From: an uncultured Pseudomonadales bacterium
Lineage (GTDB): Bacteria > Pseudomonadota > Gammaproteobacteria > Pseudomonadales > UBA7434
DNA: 64,000 nucleotides
Assembly (NCBI GenBank): GCA_943788835.1
Contig: CALSRU010000005.1
Span: forward strand, 316,264-380,263
Direction of reading: 5' to 3'
The notes beneath the pieces were generated by a model. The model had not been told where the DNA came from. It saw nothing but the letters and a program-made list of their open reading frames with translations, and ran no database searches. Within the stretch, counting starts at the first letter, position 1; the number at the start of each line of letters is the position of its first letter. Below, one piece after another: positions 21,272 to 29,995 of the stretch. The translations under genes and the position numbers were made by a program.

Positions 21272-22681
21272 TTAATTATTGGAGATGTTCAAGTAGTTCT
21301 TAATGATGTGAAAAAGATCCGCTTGCGTCAGCATCGATGGTAGCGGCGCGACATCGTTGCTAAAAACTGGCACATTGGCTCCCGTATGTTCTTCTTTAAT
21401 AAAGTTATTGGTGGCATAGTTAATGGCCATCAGTGAGTTTTCAGGTGTGCGTAAGCGAACTAGCTTGCCCGGCGTATAAACAGGCACGCCCACTCCTTTA
21501 AATAAGCTATTTTCGGGCACGATTTGCGCAGACTGACTATGATCTGCCGTAACAATAATTAACGTGTTGGGGTTTTTTTTTGCGAATGCGAGTGCGCTGT
21601 CAAGGGCTTCATCGAGTTGCTCTACGCCACCAATACTTCCACAGGCTCTTCGGTCGTGTGCTTCTTTGTCAATGAGTGCTGACTCGACCATTAAAAAGAA
21701 GCCGCTTTGGTTATCCTGGCTTAAGTGGGCCAATGCTCGATCGGTCATTAACTTTAAGTGTGGCAAACCTTTGAATTTTGGGTTTGGTTCGCAGGTCATC
21801 GGTTCAGGCATGCGGACTTCGCCTTTACCTGAAAGAGCGCGATTAGTCATGTTTGGCTGCGGTTCTTCTGCAGAGCGACCATCTTGCCCTCGGAGTCGCG
21901 CGGGCATGTCACTGGGGGCGAATAGCCCTAGCCATTTTTTATCAAGTGGTGCTGACTGTAATTGCTTCATTGAGGTGAGTACTTCAAATCCCAGCTGCTT
22001 GGCAAGTTCTATCACCGACATGCTTTGATTTTCTACTTTGGGATAAAAATACTTGATGCCACCGCCCAGCGCTAAATCTAAATTTGATGCCACCAATTGC
22101 TCAGCAATTGATCCTAGCCCCCCATTGGCCTGAAGGTCATTAGGGCAGTCAATCGTCATTTGACCGAAGTCGGAGGTTCTTTTGATTGAGGCAGGGCTTT
22201 GACAGAAGCGCATATTAATATGAGCATAAAAAGCAGCCATGGTGGCGTCAGTGACACTGGAATTACTAACTAGTCCGGTTTTAATGTTGGCTGCCGAGGC
22301 AAGCTCAATAATCGAGGTTAGGTCATTGTCATCCCCAGCTGTTGTGGCAATTCTGCCACGGCTGGTTAACTGTCCAGTTGCAATCGCTGTGGCACTGTTG
22401 GCCGAATCAGCAACGTATACGAACTTTTTTGGATCATTTTCAGCAACCGTCAACACCTGCGCGACACCACGTTGCGCCATATGATCAAGAGTGAGTCTGC
22501 CTGTTGCTCCTTTTAAGTAGTTGCGCGCAATTGTAATTTGATGATCATCCATACCATCACCGATGATTAAAATGACATTTTTCGGCACGGGTTGCTTGGC
22601 CGAGTCGGATTGCGCGCTAACCTGGTTGAACCAAAAAGTGGTTATCAATGCTATGAGTGCGTTAAGGGCAAAGCGTTTCAT
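21272..22681 (-). CDS. Alkaline phosphatase (PhoA family), secreted
   Basis: NVILIIGDGM, ADSA catalytic Ser, FFLMVE..IDKEAH, TADH, EHTG; signal peptide from MKRFALNA (22681). Confidence 0.9.
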   Translation of the reverse strand: MKRFALNALIALITTFWFNQVSAQSDSAKQPVPKNVILIIGDGMDDHQITIARNYLKGATGRLTLDHMAQRGVAQVLTVAENDPKKFVYVADSANSATAIATGQLTSRGRIATTAGDDNDLTSIIELASAANIKTGLVSNSSVTDATMAAFYAHINMRFCQSPASIKRTSDFGQMTIDCPNDLQANGGLGSIAEQLVASNLDLALGGGIKYFYPKVENQSMSVIELAKQLGFEVLTSMKQLQSAPLDKKWLGLFAPSDMPARLRGQDGRSAEEPQPNMTNRALSGKGEVRMPEPMTCEPNPKFKGLPHLKLMTDRALAHLSQDNQSGFFLMVESALIDKEAHDRRACGSIGGVEQLDEALDSALAFAKKNPNTLIIVTADHSQSAQIVPENSLFKGVGVPVYTPGKLVRLRTPENSLMAINYATNNFIKEEHTGANVPVFSNDVAPLPSMLTQADLFHIIKNYLNISNN

Positions 22682-22888
22682 AATAACGGTTTTTTCCAAA
22701 TGAAAAATAACAGGTAAGTTGATCAGATGATGGGTTTGCTGACTGTTGCTGATAGATGCTGTGACTACTTTTAATAATGCAAGAGTCGCAATCATCCAAC
22801 CATAACAAGGGTCTAATCACTTTACTAGCCAATATCTGCCGCAGTGAATATCAGCGCAGAAAAAATTTAGGGTCTCGATATTAGGTCT

Positions 22889-23986
22889 TTATGTTTGCGT
22901 GGCTAAAGTCTGTGCCAAGCCACCTTTTAAATAAACGGCATCAAACCCTTGGGCGATAAGTAGTGTACAGGCGTGCTCACTGCGCGGACCCGCTTGGCAA
23001 TAAAGCATAACGGGTTTGTCACGCTTGAGTGAAAATTCTCCCGATTCGAGGAGTGTAAGCGGAATGTTTAGCCCACCGAGATTGAAGGCTGCATGCTCTT
23101 GTGGGGAGCGAACATCAATTAACTGCGTGTGGTTACTATTTGCAAGGGCAACGATTTCATCGCAAGACAGTTGTCTCCCGTAAGGTGACGTCGGATTGAT
23201 TTTTGGCAACGGATGATCACTTGCCTTTTTTGGATTCGAAGCTCCAGTGCCACAAGAGCTACAATCGGGGTTGCTATGGATAGCAAGGGTCTGAAAATCC
23301 ATGGTAGATGCTTCAATGAGTAGTAGTTTGCTCTCTAGTAAGCCGTCCAGGCCTAGCAAATATTTTAGCGCTTCATTTGCCTGTAGCGTGCCTAGCAAGC
23401 CAGGTAGTGTGCCCAGTACGCCGGCCACATTGCAATTCGGAGCGTTGTTTGCTGGCGCACTAAACAAACAGTTAAAGCATGGGCCTGCGGGTGTAAAGAC
23501 AGCGCATTGGCCACTAAATTGGTAAAGGCTTGCATAAACCCATGCCTTATTGAATTTGCGACAGGTTTCATTAATTAAGCATCGAGCGTTAAAGCTATCT
23601 GTGCAATCAAGTATGATACTGGCAGCGGTAATAAGCGCAGGGGCATTGTTCTCATCGAGGTGCTCGGTGATGGCATGCACCGTAATATTACTGTTGAGGT
23701 CTTGAAGACGCTGCTGAGTGCGCTGCGCTTTATTGTAGCCAACATCGTTTTCAACAAAGGTAATCTGGCGCTGGAGATTACTCAGTTCTACTGTGTCACC
23801 GTCAACTACGGTGATAGTACCTATCCCTGCTGCAGCCAAATACAAACTAACCGGTGCGCCGAGGCCGCCGCAACCAATGATGAGCGCATGTGCGTTTTTT
23901 AAAGTGGTTTGGCCTTGCGCCCCTACATGAGGTAATTGGATATGCCGGGTATAGCGCAAATATTCTTTAGCGGTAAAAGTTGTCAT
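22889..23986 (-). CDS. ThiF/MoeB-family adenylyltransferase fused to a C-terminal rhodanese (MoeZ-type)
   Basis: RYTRHI, GCGGLG, SNLQRQ, two CxxC pairs, rhodanese IDVRSPQEH...YCQAGPRS. Confidence 0.88.
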   Translation of the reverse strand: MTTFTAKEYLRYTRHIQLPHVGAQGQTTLKNAHALIIGCGGLGAPVSLYLAAAGIGTITVVDGDTVELSNLQRQITFVENDVGYNKAQRTQQRLQDLNSNITVHAITEHLDENNAPALITAASIILDCTDSFNARCLINETCRKFNKAWVYASLYQFSGQCAVFTPAGPCFNCLFSAPANNAPNCNVAGVLGTLPGLLGTLQANEALKYLLGLDGLLESKLLLIEASTMDFQTLAIHSNPDCSSCGTGASNPKKASDHPLPKINPTSPYGRQLSCDEIVALANSNHTQLIDVRSPQEHAAFNLGGLNIPLTLLESGEFSLKRDKPVMLYCQAGPRSEHACTLLIAQGFDAVYLKGGLAQTLATQT

Positions 23987-24062
23987 GCTTGCAGTTTACC
24001 TCAAACGGCGGCATGAGAGCCGACCATGGTGCGGATTGGCTGTTGAGTGTGGGGCAGTGATG

Positions 24063-24881
24063 CTAAACGCTTGACGCAATATTATAAAGTTCGCATATCA
24101 AGCGGTAGATGTTAGCTGCAGTGTCGAGCTCATGGTTAGAAATATTAACGACAGGGGCCAATGTTTCGAGAGGAATATGAAGCTCTACACTAAGCGCCCC
24201 AAAGTCCATACTGGCAATGCCGTTGCCAGCAAACTCCCAATCTAGCAACTTAAATGCAGGGTCAGTTGCCGATGCTGGCTCGCAGCGCACAATGTTGTGT
24301 GCATTAAGATCATGATGACACAAGCTGCGCACACCGCCCGAGCACTTCTCATACTCGATACACGTCTTGTGCAGATTTTCATAGCGCGCGGTCAATTCAA
24401 CTTGCCGCCCGTTGTTTATTGCCGGCTGAGCTTGCTCCCAGTATTGTTCTAGAAGTTGGGTATAAGACAAATCGGGTAAGTCGAGAGGAAGCCGTTGGTA
24501 TTTCATGATGCTACGACACAGATGGCTCAGGTCCTGGGCATTCAGCCAAGCATTGTCTCCTAGGGTCGTCCCGCGCACATAGCTGCATAAGCGGTAGCCC
24601 CCGGTAGGGCTTTCATAAACAACCCGAGGCGCGAGATCTAGCTGTGCAACGCTATGCTGAATCAGGTTTTCACTACCCGTGTTTTGAGTTTGCCCATGGT
24701 TAACACGCCGCATGCGTAAAACATAATGCTCGGTGGCGATCCTAAGTAAGTAACTATCATTCGAGCGACCCTGTCTGAACTGAGTGATGATTTCAGGTGT
24801 GCGCGTCCCACTTATACCCCATAGCGGCCATTCGGATAAAACCGTTTGCAGTGCCTGCTGCTTTTGCGAGTTAATTGGCAT
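24063..24881 (-). CDS. Choline/aminoglycoside-kinase-fold phosphotransferase, probable thiamine kinase
   Basis: GRSNDSY loop, HHDLNAHNI and LLDWEFAG motifs; overlaps the PnuC-type gene in the TPP-riboswitch cluster. Confidence 0.75.
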   Translation of the reverse strand: MPINSQKQQALQTVLSEWPLWGISGTRTPEIITQFRQGRSNDSYLLRIATEHYVLRMRRVNHGQTQNTGSENLIQHSVAQLDLAPRVVYESPTGGYRLCSYVRGTTLGDNAWLNAQDLSHLCRSIMKYQRLPLDLPDLSYTQLLEQYWEQAQPAINNGRQVELTARYENLHKTCIEYEKCSGGVRSLCHHDLNAHNIVRCEPASATDPAFKLLDWEFAGNGIASMDFGALSVELHIPLETLAPVVNISNHELDTAANIYRLICELYNIASSV

Positions 24882-25539
24882 GGGCAGCTAGAAGCTTTTG
24901 AGCGTTGTACTGCTGGCGCCAATAAAAATAACCGTAAGCTGCCAACACAACGTAAGCGATGAACAAGGCAGTGGTGAAAAATAAATCTTTACTGAAATAT
25001 AAATAAATCGATATGACATCAACGACCATCCAGTAAAGCCAATTTTCAAGAACCCGTTGGGTAATCATAAAGGTGGCTAATAAACTTGCCCAAGTGGTAA
25101 AAGAGTCGAGGTAGGGGAAGGCTGCACTAGAGTACTGGCTTAACCAATACCCAGATAGGGTTGATAGTATGGCTACTAGCAGCAGCAGTTTTATGTGTAG
25201 AGACAGCGGCCACGTTTGCAATCGAAGCGTTTGCTGCAGCTTGTTACTCGCGGATGTCCCGGTCGCAGATTTTTCGGGGGCAGAATTTTTGATGCTGAGG
25301 CGGCTCCACATAAACCAGCCATAAATGGCCATAGCTGCATAATAAACGTTTAGCGCAGAGTCCATTAATAGCTGGTATTGCCATAGCACAACAACAAAAA
25401 TTGACGACCCGAGGAGAGCCGCAGGCCAGCAGTAGCGGTTATTGCGTGACGCTAGTACAACATAAATGAGCGAGGCTATTACGGCCACTATTTCAGGAAT
25501 AGAGTAGGCGCTAAGTTCTGACCAAATGGCAGCAATCAT
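24871..25539 (-). CDS. PnuC-family vitamin transporter (probable thiamine-specific PnuT)
   Basis: CWP, YGWFMW, PYLDSFTT, LENWLYW motifs; TPP riboswitch context. Confidence 0.85.
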   Translation of the reverse strand: MIAAIWSELSAYSIPEIVAVIASLIYVVLASRNNRYCWPAALLGSSIFVVVLWQYQLLMDSALNVYYAAMAIYGWFMWSRLSIKNSAPEKSATGTSASNKLQQTLRLQTWPLSLHIKLLLLVAILSTLSGYWLSQYSSAAFPYLDSFTTWASLLATFMITQRVLENWLYWMVVDVISIYLYFSKDLFFTTALFIAYVVLAAYGYFYWRQQYNAQKLLAAHAN

Positions 25540-25570
25540 GACGCAATGCGCTCCACTTGATGAGCCATGC

Positions 25571-25831
25571 TCATGGAGCTCGGCGATCTTTATTTAAATA
25601 TTTTGCCACTAGCACGGTACTGTTACTGCTCTCAAAAACTGTTTTAGTAGCTTGTTGCACCGCATTCATAACGGCGTCGTATTCACCGAAAATTTCGGTG
25701 CTCAGCGTATGTGTATGCACCTCTAGGTTGGGTATATTGTTTAATGTTTCGATATATTTTTTTATCGGTGTGACAAAAGATTCATTGAGCGGATACAAAC
25801 TCAGTTCAGCGGTAATTATCATGCTAAGCAC
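25571..25831 (-). CDS. Small thiamine-binding (YkoF/DUF77-like) protein
   Basis: AELSLYPL...TLSTEIFGEYDAVM pattern; position within the cluster. Confidence 0.75.
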   Translation of the reverse strand: MLSMIITAELSLYPLNESFVTPIKKYIETLNNIPNLEVHTHTLSTEIFGEYDAVMNAVQQATKTVFESSNSTVLVAKYLNKDRRAP

Positions 25832-25849
25832 CTCGTAGTGCGCGTGAAA

Positions 25850-28039
25850 TTAAAAATTGTATCGGAATGTTACGCCACCATTGCGTGGTTCACCGCTTTG
25901 CGTATACAGATCGTTAACAAAGAAGCTGTTACGTGGGTCATTAGCAAAGTATAAGCCCTGCACCGGATAGCTCTCATCAAGAAGATTGCGCAGCCAAAAA
26001 GTTAGCGAAACAATCTCATTTTGATAGCTCAGGCTGGCATGTGCGAGATTGATGTTGCCTGATTCCGCATCAAAATAGTAGGCGAACTGATAACTGTCGC
26101 GACCCTCGAGCGCCAAGGTGGCCGATATTGTGTCACTGACATGAATAGTGGTTTGTAGGTGGTATTGATAGGTAGGTGCGCGCGGTTGTTCTTTTTCCGC
26201 GATGTCGATAAAAGTAAAAGTATCAAAGTCATAAACACCAAAATGTTTAAACGAGGAGTCGATGTAAGCCAGGTTTGCGCTCAAAGCAATGTGAGAGTTG
26301 GGTTCAAAGTTAATTTGCCATTCAACGCCGTGACTCTCGGCTGATTTAGCATTGTCCTGATAGCCAATGAAAAGAAAGCCCTCAGGTGGTGGGAAGTCGA
26401 GTAAAAATGTTTCGAATTGTGGCCTATTACGATTGTTGTAAAACAGCGATAGCCTTGATGTTAAGGTATTATTGAATAATTGTGCCTGGCTACCTATTTC
26501 GAAGTTGGTGAGTGACTCGTCAGCATAGCGCAGTCGGTCGATTAACTCATCTTGTGCGGTTTGCGTGGCGAGGCCAATATTCGATGAGGCATCGGTATTG
26601 ACGCCACCGGCTTTGTTGCCGCGGGCCACTAGTGCATACAGTCCAAATTGCGAGTTGATAGTAAAATTGAGCGCTGCATCAACTGACCACAGCTCATCAT
26701 CGGTTGCACTACTGATGGCATTTTGGTCGCTATAAGTATCACTAAATAACTCGTAGCGAACGCCCAGTGACGCACTTAGTTTCGTCGTTAGGTCGGGTGT
26801 CCATTGGCCATACAGTGCTTGGCGCTCTGTGCCATAGTTGCTGCTAAAATCTGCAGCGGGAAAGGGATTGAAAGTATAGGCTCTATTAAGTTTTACGTTG
26901 CTATGTTGTAGATACAAACCCACAACAAAATCCTCACCTTTTACGTGAGTGTCATATGAATATTCTTCCCGGTCGCGTACATAGCTATCATTACTGGAAA
27001 ATTGGCTCTGGCTACACGTATTGTCGTTGCCACAAAAATCATTGTTGATCCAATCTTCATCAAAAGCATATTTCAATTTGGCATTGAGGCTGGTGATTTT
27101 TGTGTGCAGCGTACTTGTTGGTGATAGCGTTAATGTGTGCTTGAGTGCAAAACCCAATACCTCCTGAGTGTCGAGTCCCGGCTCATCACTCACGGTGGTA
27201 TTGCGGCTGTTGTCCAAAGAGAATGCATCGTAGCCATTATTGTTGTCGATATGCAGCGCGGTTAAGTCGAGTTGCTGATTGTTGGCTAGAGCCCAGCGAA
27301 GATTAAGCTTGGCGAGTTGCTCATCAAACTTGCCCGTGTCTTTTCTATTTAAAAATTGATTTTCAATATAACCATCGCTGGTGTATTGGTTGACCGCAAG
27401 ACGCGCTGATAGCTGCTCACTCAGTTTGCCGGAGATTGCTGCGCCACTTTGGCGGCTAGCAAATTTACCTACGCCCACTTCAACAAAGCCACCGGTATTA
27501 GCCGTAGGTTGGGTTGAGATAATATTAATTGACCCGGCCAATGCGCTGGCACCTAGTCGCGTGCCTTGTGGTCCGCGTAAAATTTCAACTTGTTCGACAT
27601 CAAACAGTAATCCGGCGCCAAAAATCCCATTTAACTCAATGCCATCTACCGTCAGCCCGACAGAGGGGTAGGCTTTCGGATCAACAAACTGTTCAATATC
27701 GCCAACGCCGCGGATTTGTACGAAGCGTCCGCGCGATGCGCCACCGGAAAAATTGACATTGGGCGCGGTGCCTAGCAGCTGATCAATATGCTGCGCATTG
27801 CGGGCTTGTGTGTGATCGTTTGTCCATACGCTAATACTGGCAGCTAGTTGGTCTGCCGTGCGTAGGTCTAGAGTGGAATATATAATCACCTCTTGCATTG
27901 TTTGACTTTCATTGGCTTCGGTTGCAAATGAAGATCCGACAAGAGCGAGGCCGCCCAAAAGGCCTGCCGCGCGCAGGCACAGTGGTGCAATATAAGTCGT
28001 TAAAAATGAGGTTGGTGTGTTTTTTGATTGAATAAGCAT
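25850..28039 (-). CDS. TonB-dependent receptor, probable thiamine/vitamer uptake
   Basis: Signal peptide, QEVII TonB box, plug IRGV...VEILRGPQGT, C-terminal NLLDESY...PRNGGVTFRYNF. Confidence 0.9.
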   Translation of the reverse strand: MLIQSKNTPTSFLTTYIAPLCLRAAGLLGGLALVGSSFATEANESQTMQEVIIYSTLDLRTADQLAASISVWTNDHTQARNAQHIDQLLGTAPNVNFSGGASRGRFVQIRGVGDIEQFVDPKAYPSVGLTVDGIELNGIFGAGLLFDVEQVEILRGPQGTRLGASALAGSINIISTQPTANTGGFVEVGVGKFASRQSGAAISGKLSEQLSARLAVNQYTSDGYIENQFLNRKDTGKFDEQLAKLNLRWALANNQQLDLTALHIDNNNGYDAFSLDNSRNTTVSDEPGLDTQEVLGFALKHTLTLSPTSTLHTKITSLNAKLKYAFDEDWINNDFCGNDNTCSQSQFSSNDSYVRDREEYSYDTHVKGEDFVVGLYLQHSNVKLNRAYTFNPFPAADFSSNYGTERQALYGQWTPDLTTKLSASLGVRYELFSDTYSDQNAISSATDDELWSVDAALNFTINSQFGLYALVARGNKAGGVNTDASSNIGLATQTAQDELIDRLRYADESLTNFEIGSQAQLFNNTLTSRLSLFYNNRNRPQFETFLLDFPPPEGFLFIGYQDNAKSAESHGVEWQINFEPNSHIALSANLAYIDSSFKHFGVYDFDTFTFIDIAEKEQPRAPTYQYHLQTTIHVSDTISATLALEGRDSYQFAYYFDAESGNINLAHASLSYQNEIVSLTFWLRNLLDESYPVQGLYFANDPRNSFFVNDLYTQSGEPRNGGVTFRYNF

Positions 28040-28145
28040 GCTCGATATCCCAGTAAGGACAACCCGGTATTCAAGCGAAGAGCAGCAAGGTCAGTGCGAT
28101 AAAAAGGCCGACGGTAAGAAAATGGCCAAGATCGAGAAGGGACGC

Positions 28146-28266
28146 TTCCTATTCCTACGCCGGTATTAACCGGATCAGGTTCAAAGGGTTTGTGCTGGTG
28201 CTTAATACGAATAGTGACAGGCGTATTAAATCATGCGCATCTCAGGCCGAAGCCACCCCTCAGGAT
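28146..28266 (-). promoter_or_regulatory. TPP (thi-box) riboswitch
   Basis: Minus strand reads AGGGGTGGC-TTCG-GCCTGAGA...ACCCTTTGAACCTGATCCGGTTAATACCGGCGTAGGAA; upstream TATACT -10 at 28275-28280. Confidence 0.95.
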
Positions 28267-28477
28267 GTGGGAGGAGTATAGCGACTGATGACGCGCTTGA
28301 CTAGTCATTGCTATGCGCTAATCGGTCGGGAATCTCGTACCAATGGTTTTTAAGCGCTGCCGTCATGCTGCGCGCCGTGTTAATATCATCGGCCAGTTCG
28401 AATTGTAAAAGTCACGTTAAAAATGGCTTGCGGCACAATAATTTCAGACAGTCACAATATGTAATGAGGGGTATTTT

Positions 28478-29122
28478 ATGAAGCAATTAAAAGCGTATGG
28501 GTTGAGTGTCTTCTATTGTTTGATGCTTGCTTGTGTGGGCGTTTATTCAGCTGGTTATGCAAGAGACGTTGGCGCCGCCGATTATGCTGATATTGGTCAA
28601 GCTCCGGCAGGTAGTTATGCGTTAGATACGAGCCATGGATACATTACTTTTAGTTATTCGCATCAAGGTTATTCTCGGCCTTGGCTACGATTTAGAGACA
28701 TTCAAGCAAGTTTGCAGCTGGATTCTCAAGCGTTGGCCCGCAGCGAGCTGACAGTATCGGTTGATGCGGCCAGTATTGATTCGGGGGTAGACCTCTTTGA
28801 CGAACATTTACGCGGTAAAAACTTTTTTCAGGTGGATCAATTTCCCGATATTGCTTTTGTGGCCACCGAGATCGTGACCGATCAAAAGAACCCAGCAGGC
28901 TTTCTCATAAATGGCGACTTAACTATTAAAGGTATCACCAAGGCCGTGACATTGAAGGCGCTGTTTAACAAAGGCGGGCTGCATTTCAAGACCAAGCAGC
29001 CGGTGGTCGGTTTTTCTGCTACAGGTTTGATTAAGCGCAGTGATTGGGATCTAGGTTACGCAGTGCCGATGGTGGGGGATGAGGTCAATCTGGTTATAGA
29101 GGTTGAATTTCACAAGCAGTAA
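28478..29122 (+). CDS. YceI-family periplasmic polyisoprenoid/lipid-binding protein
   Basis: Signal peptide, YALDTSHG..FSYSHQG, DEHLRGKNFF...FP, GDLTIKGITK, RSDW. Confidence 0.9.
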   Translation: MKQLKAYGLSVFYCLMLACVGVYSAGYARDVGAADYADIGQAPAGSYALDTSHGYITFSYSHQGYSRPWLRFRDIQASLQLDSQALARSELTVSVDAASIDSGVDLFDEHLRGKNFFQVDQFPDIAFVATEIVTDQKNPAGFLINGDLTIKGITKAVTLKALFNKGGLHFKTKQPVVGFSATGLIKRSDWDLGYAVPMVGDEVNLVIEVEFHKQ

Positions 29123-29159
29123 GAAGCGCGCCCCGTGATTCGTTGCGCTTTTAATTGCG

Positions 29160-29229
29160 GGGCGAGGACTCTTTGTTTGAGTGGGCGAGGGCTCTTTGTT
29201 TCATTGGTCGAGGACTCTTTATATGAAAT
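29160..29229. repeat. 23-24 bp tandem repeat, 3 copies (GGGCGAGGACTCTTTGTTTNANT)
   Basis: gggcgaggactctttgtttgagt / gggcgagggctctttgtttcatt / ggtcgaggactctttatatgaaat. Confidence 0.8.
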
Positions 29230-29378
29230 GGGTCAGCCGCTCTGAGTTTAAATGCATAAACAGCCCCCATTTAGTCCTCGCTGGTACGTGTTCAATGGGC
29301 CTTTAGCCGTGATAGAATCGCCGGCCCTTATTTTCAGTGCATGAGTACTCTAGGCGTAGTGTCTAGCTGGAGCCTTTT

Positions 29379-29969
29379 TTGTCTGTAAGTTATGTTGAAT
29401 CTTGCCGTCTGCCCACGCAATGGGGCGAATTCGTTATGCACGGATTTGAAGATGCAGAGCACGATAAAGAACATGTGGTGTTGTCGATGGGTAAGATCGA
29501 CGATGGCAAGCCAGTGCTTGCGCGGATCCATTCTGAATGTCTGACGGGTGATGCATTATTCAGTATGCGCTGCGATTGTGGTGCGCAATTGAGTTACAGC
29601 CTCGAAAAAATTGCCAGCGAGGGAAGAGGTGTTCTTCTTTACTTGAAGCAAGAGGGGCGTGGCATAGGGCTGCTTAACAAAGTTAAAGCCTATAAGCTGC
29701 AAGATGCCGGCGCCGACACGGTTGAGGCAAATCAGCATTTAGGTTTTAGTGCCGATCTCAGAGATTATTCTATTTGTGACGACATGCTCGAGCATTTGGG
29801 TGTGAGCGCACTGCGCTTGATGACGAATAACCCTAAAAAAATTGCAGCGCTTGAGGCAATGGGAATAGACATCGTTGAGAGGGTGCCCATCGAAACTGGG
29901 CACACGTCGCACAACGCAAAATACTTGGCCACTAAGCGCGGCAAGCTGGGGCACTTGTTCGTCGATTAA
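29379..29969 (+). CDS. ribA: GTP cyclohydrolase II
   Basis: RIHSECLTGD, RCDC, QEGRGIGL, LMTNNP; TTG start. Confidence 0.95.
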   Translation: MSVSYVESCRLPTQWGEFVMHGFEDAEHDKEHVVLSMGKIDDGKPVLARIHSECLTGDALFSMRCDCGAQLSYSLEKIASEGRGVLLYLKQEGRGIGLLNKVKAYKLQDAGADTVEANQHLGFSADLRDYSICDDMLEHLGVSALRLMTNNPKKIAALEAMGIDIVERVPIETGHTSHNAKYLATKRGKLGHLFVD

Positions 29970-29995
29970 TTGGTCTGTTATGCCGCGCTGCTGCC

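Noticed and set aside
29160-29229. Mini-CRISPR interpretation of the 23-bp repeats
   Set aside because: Units are contiguous with no unique spacers, and there are no cas genes
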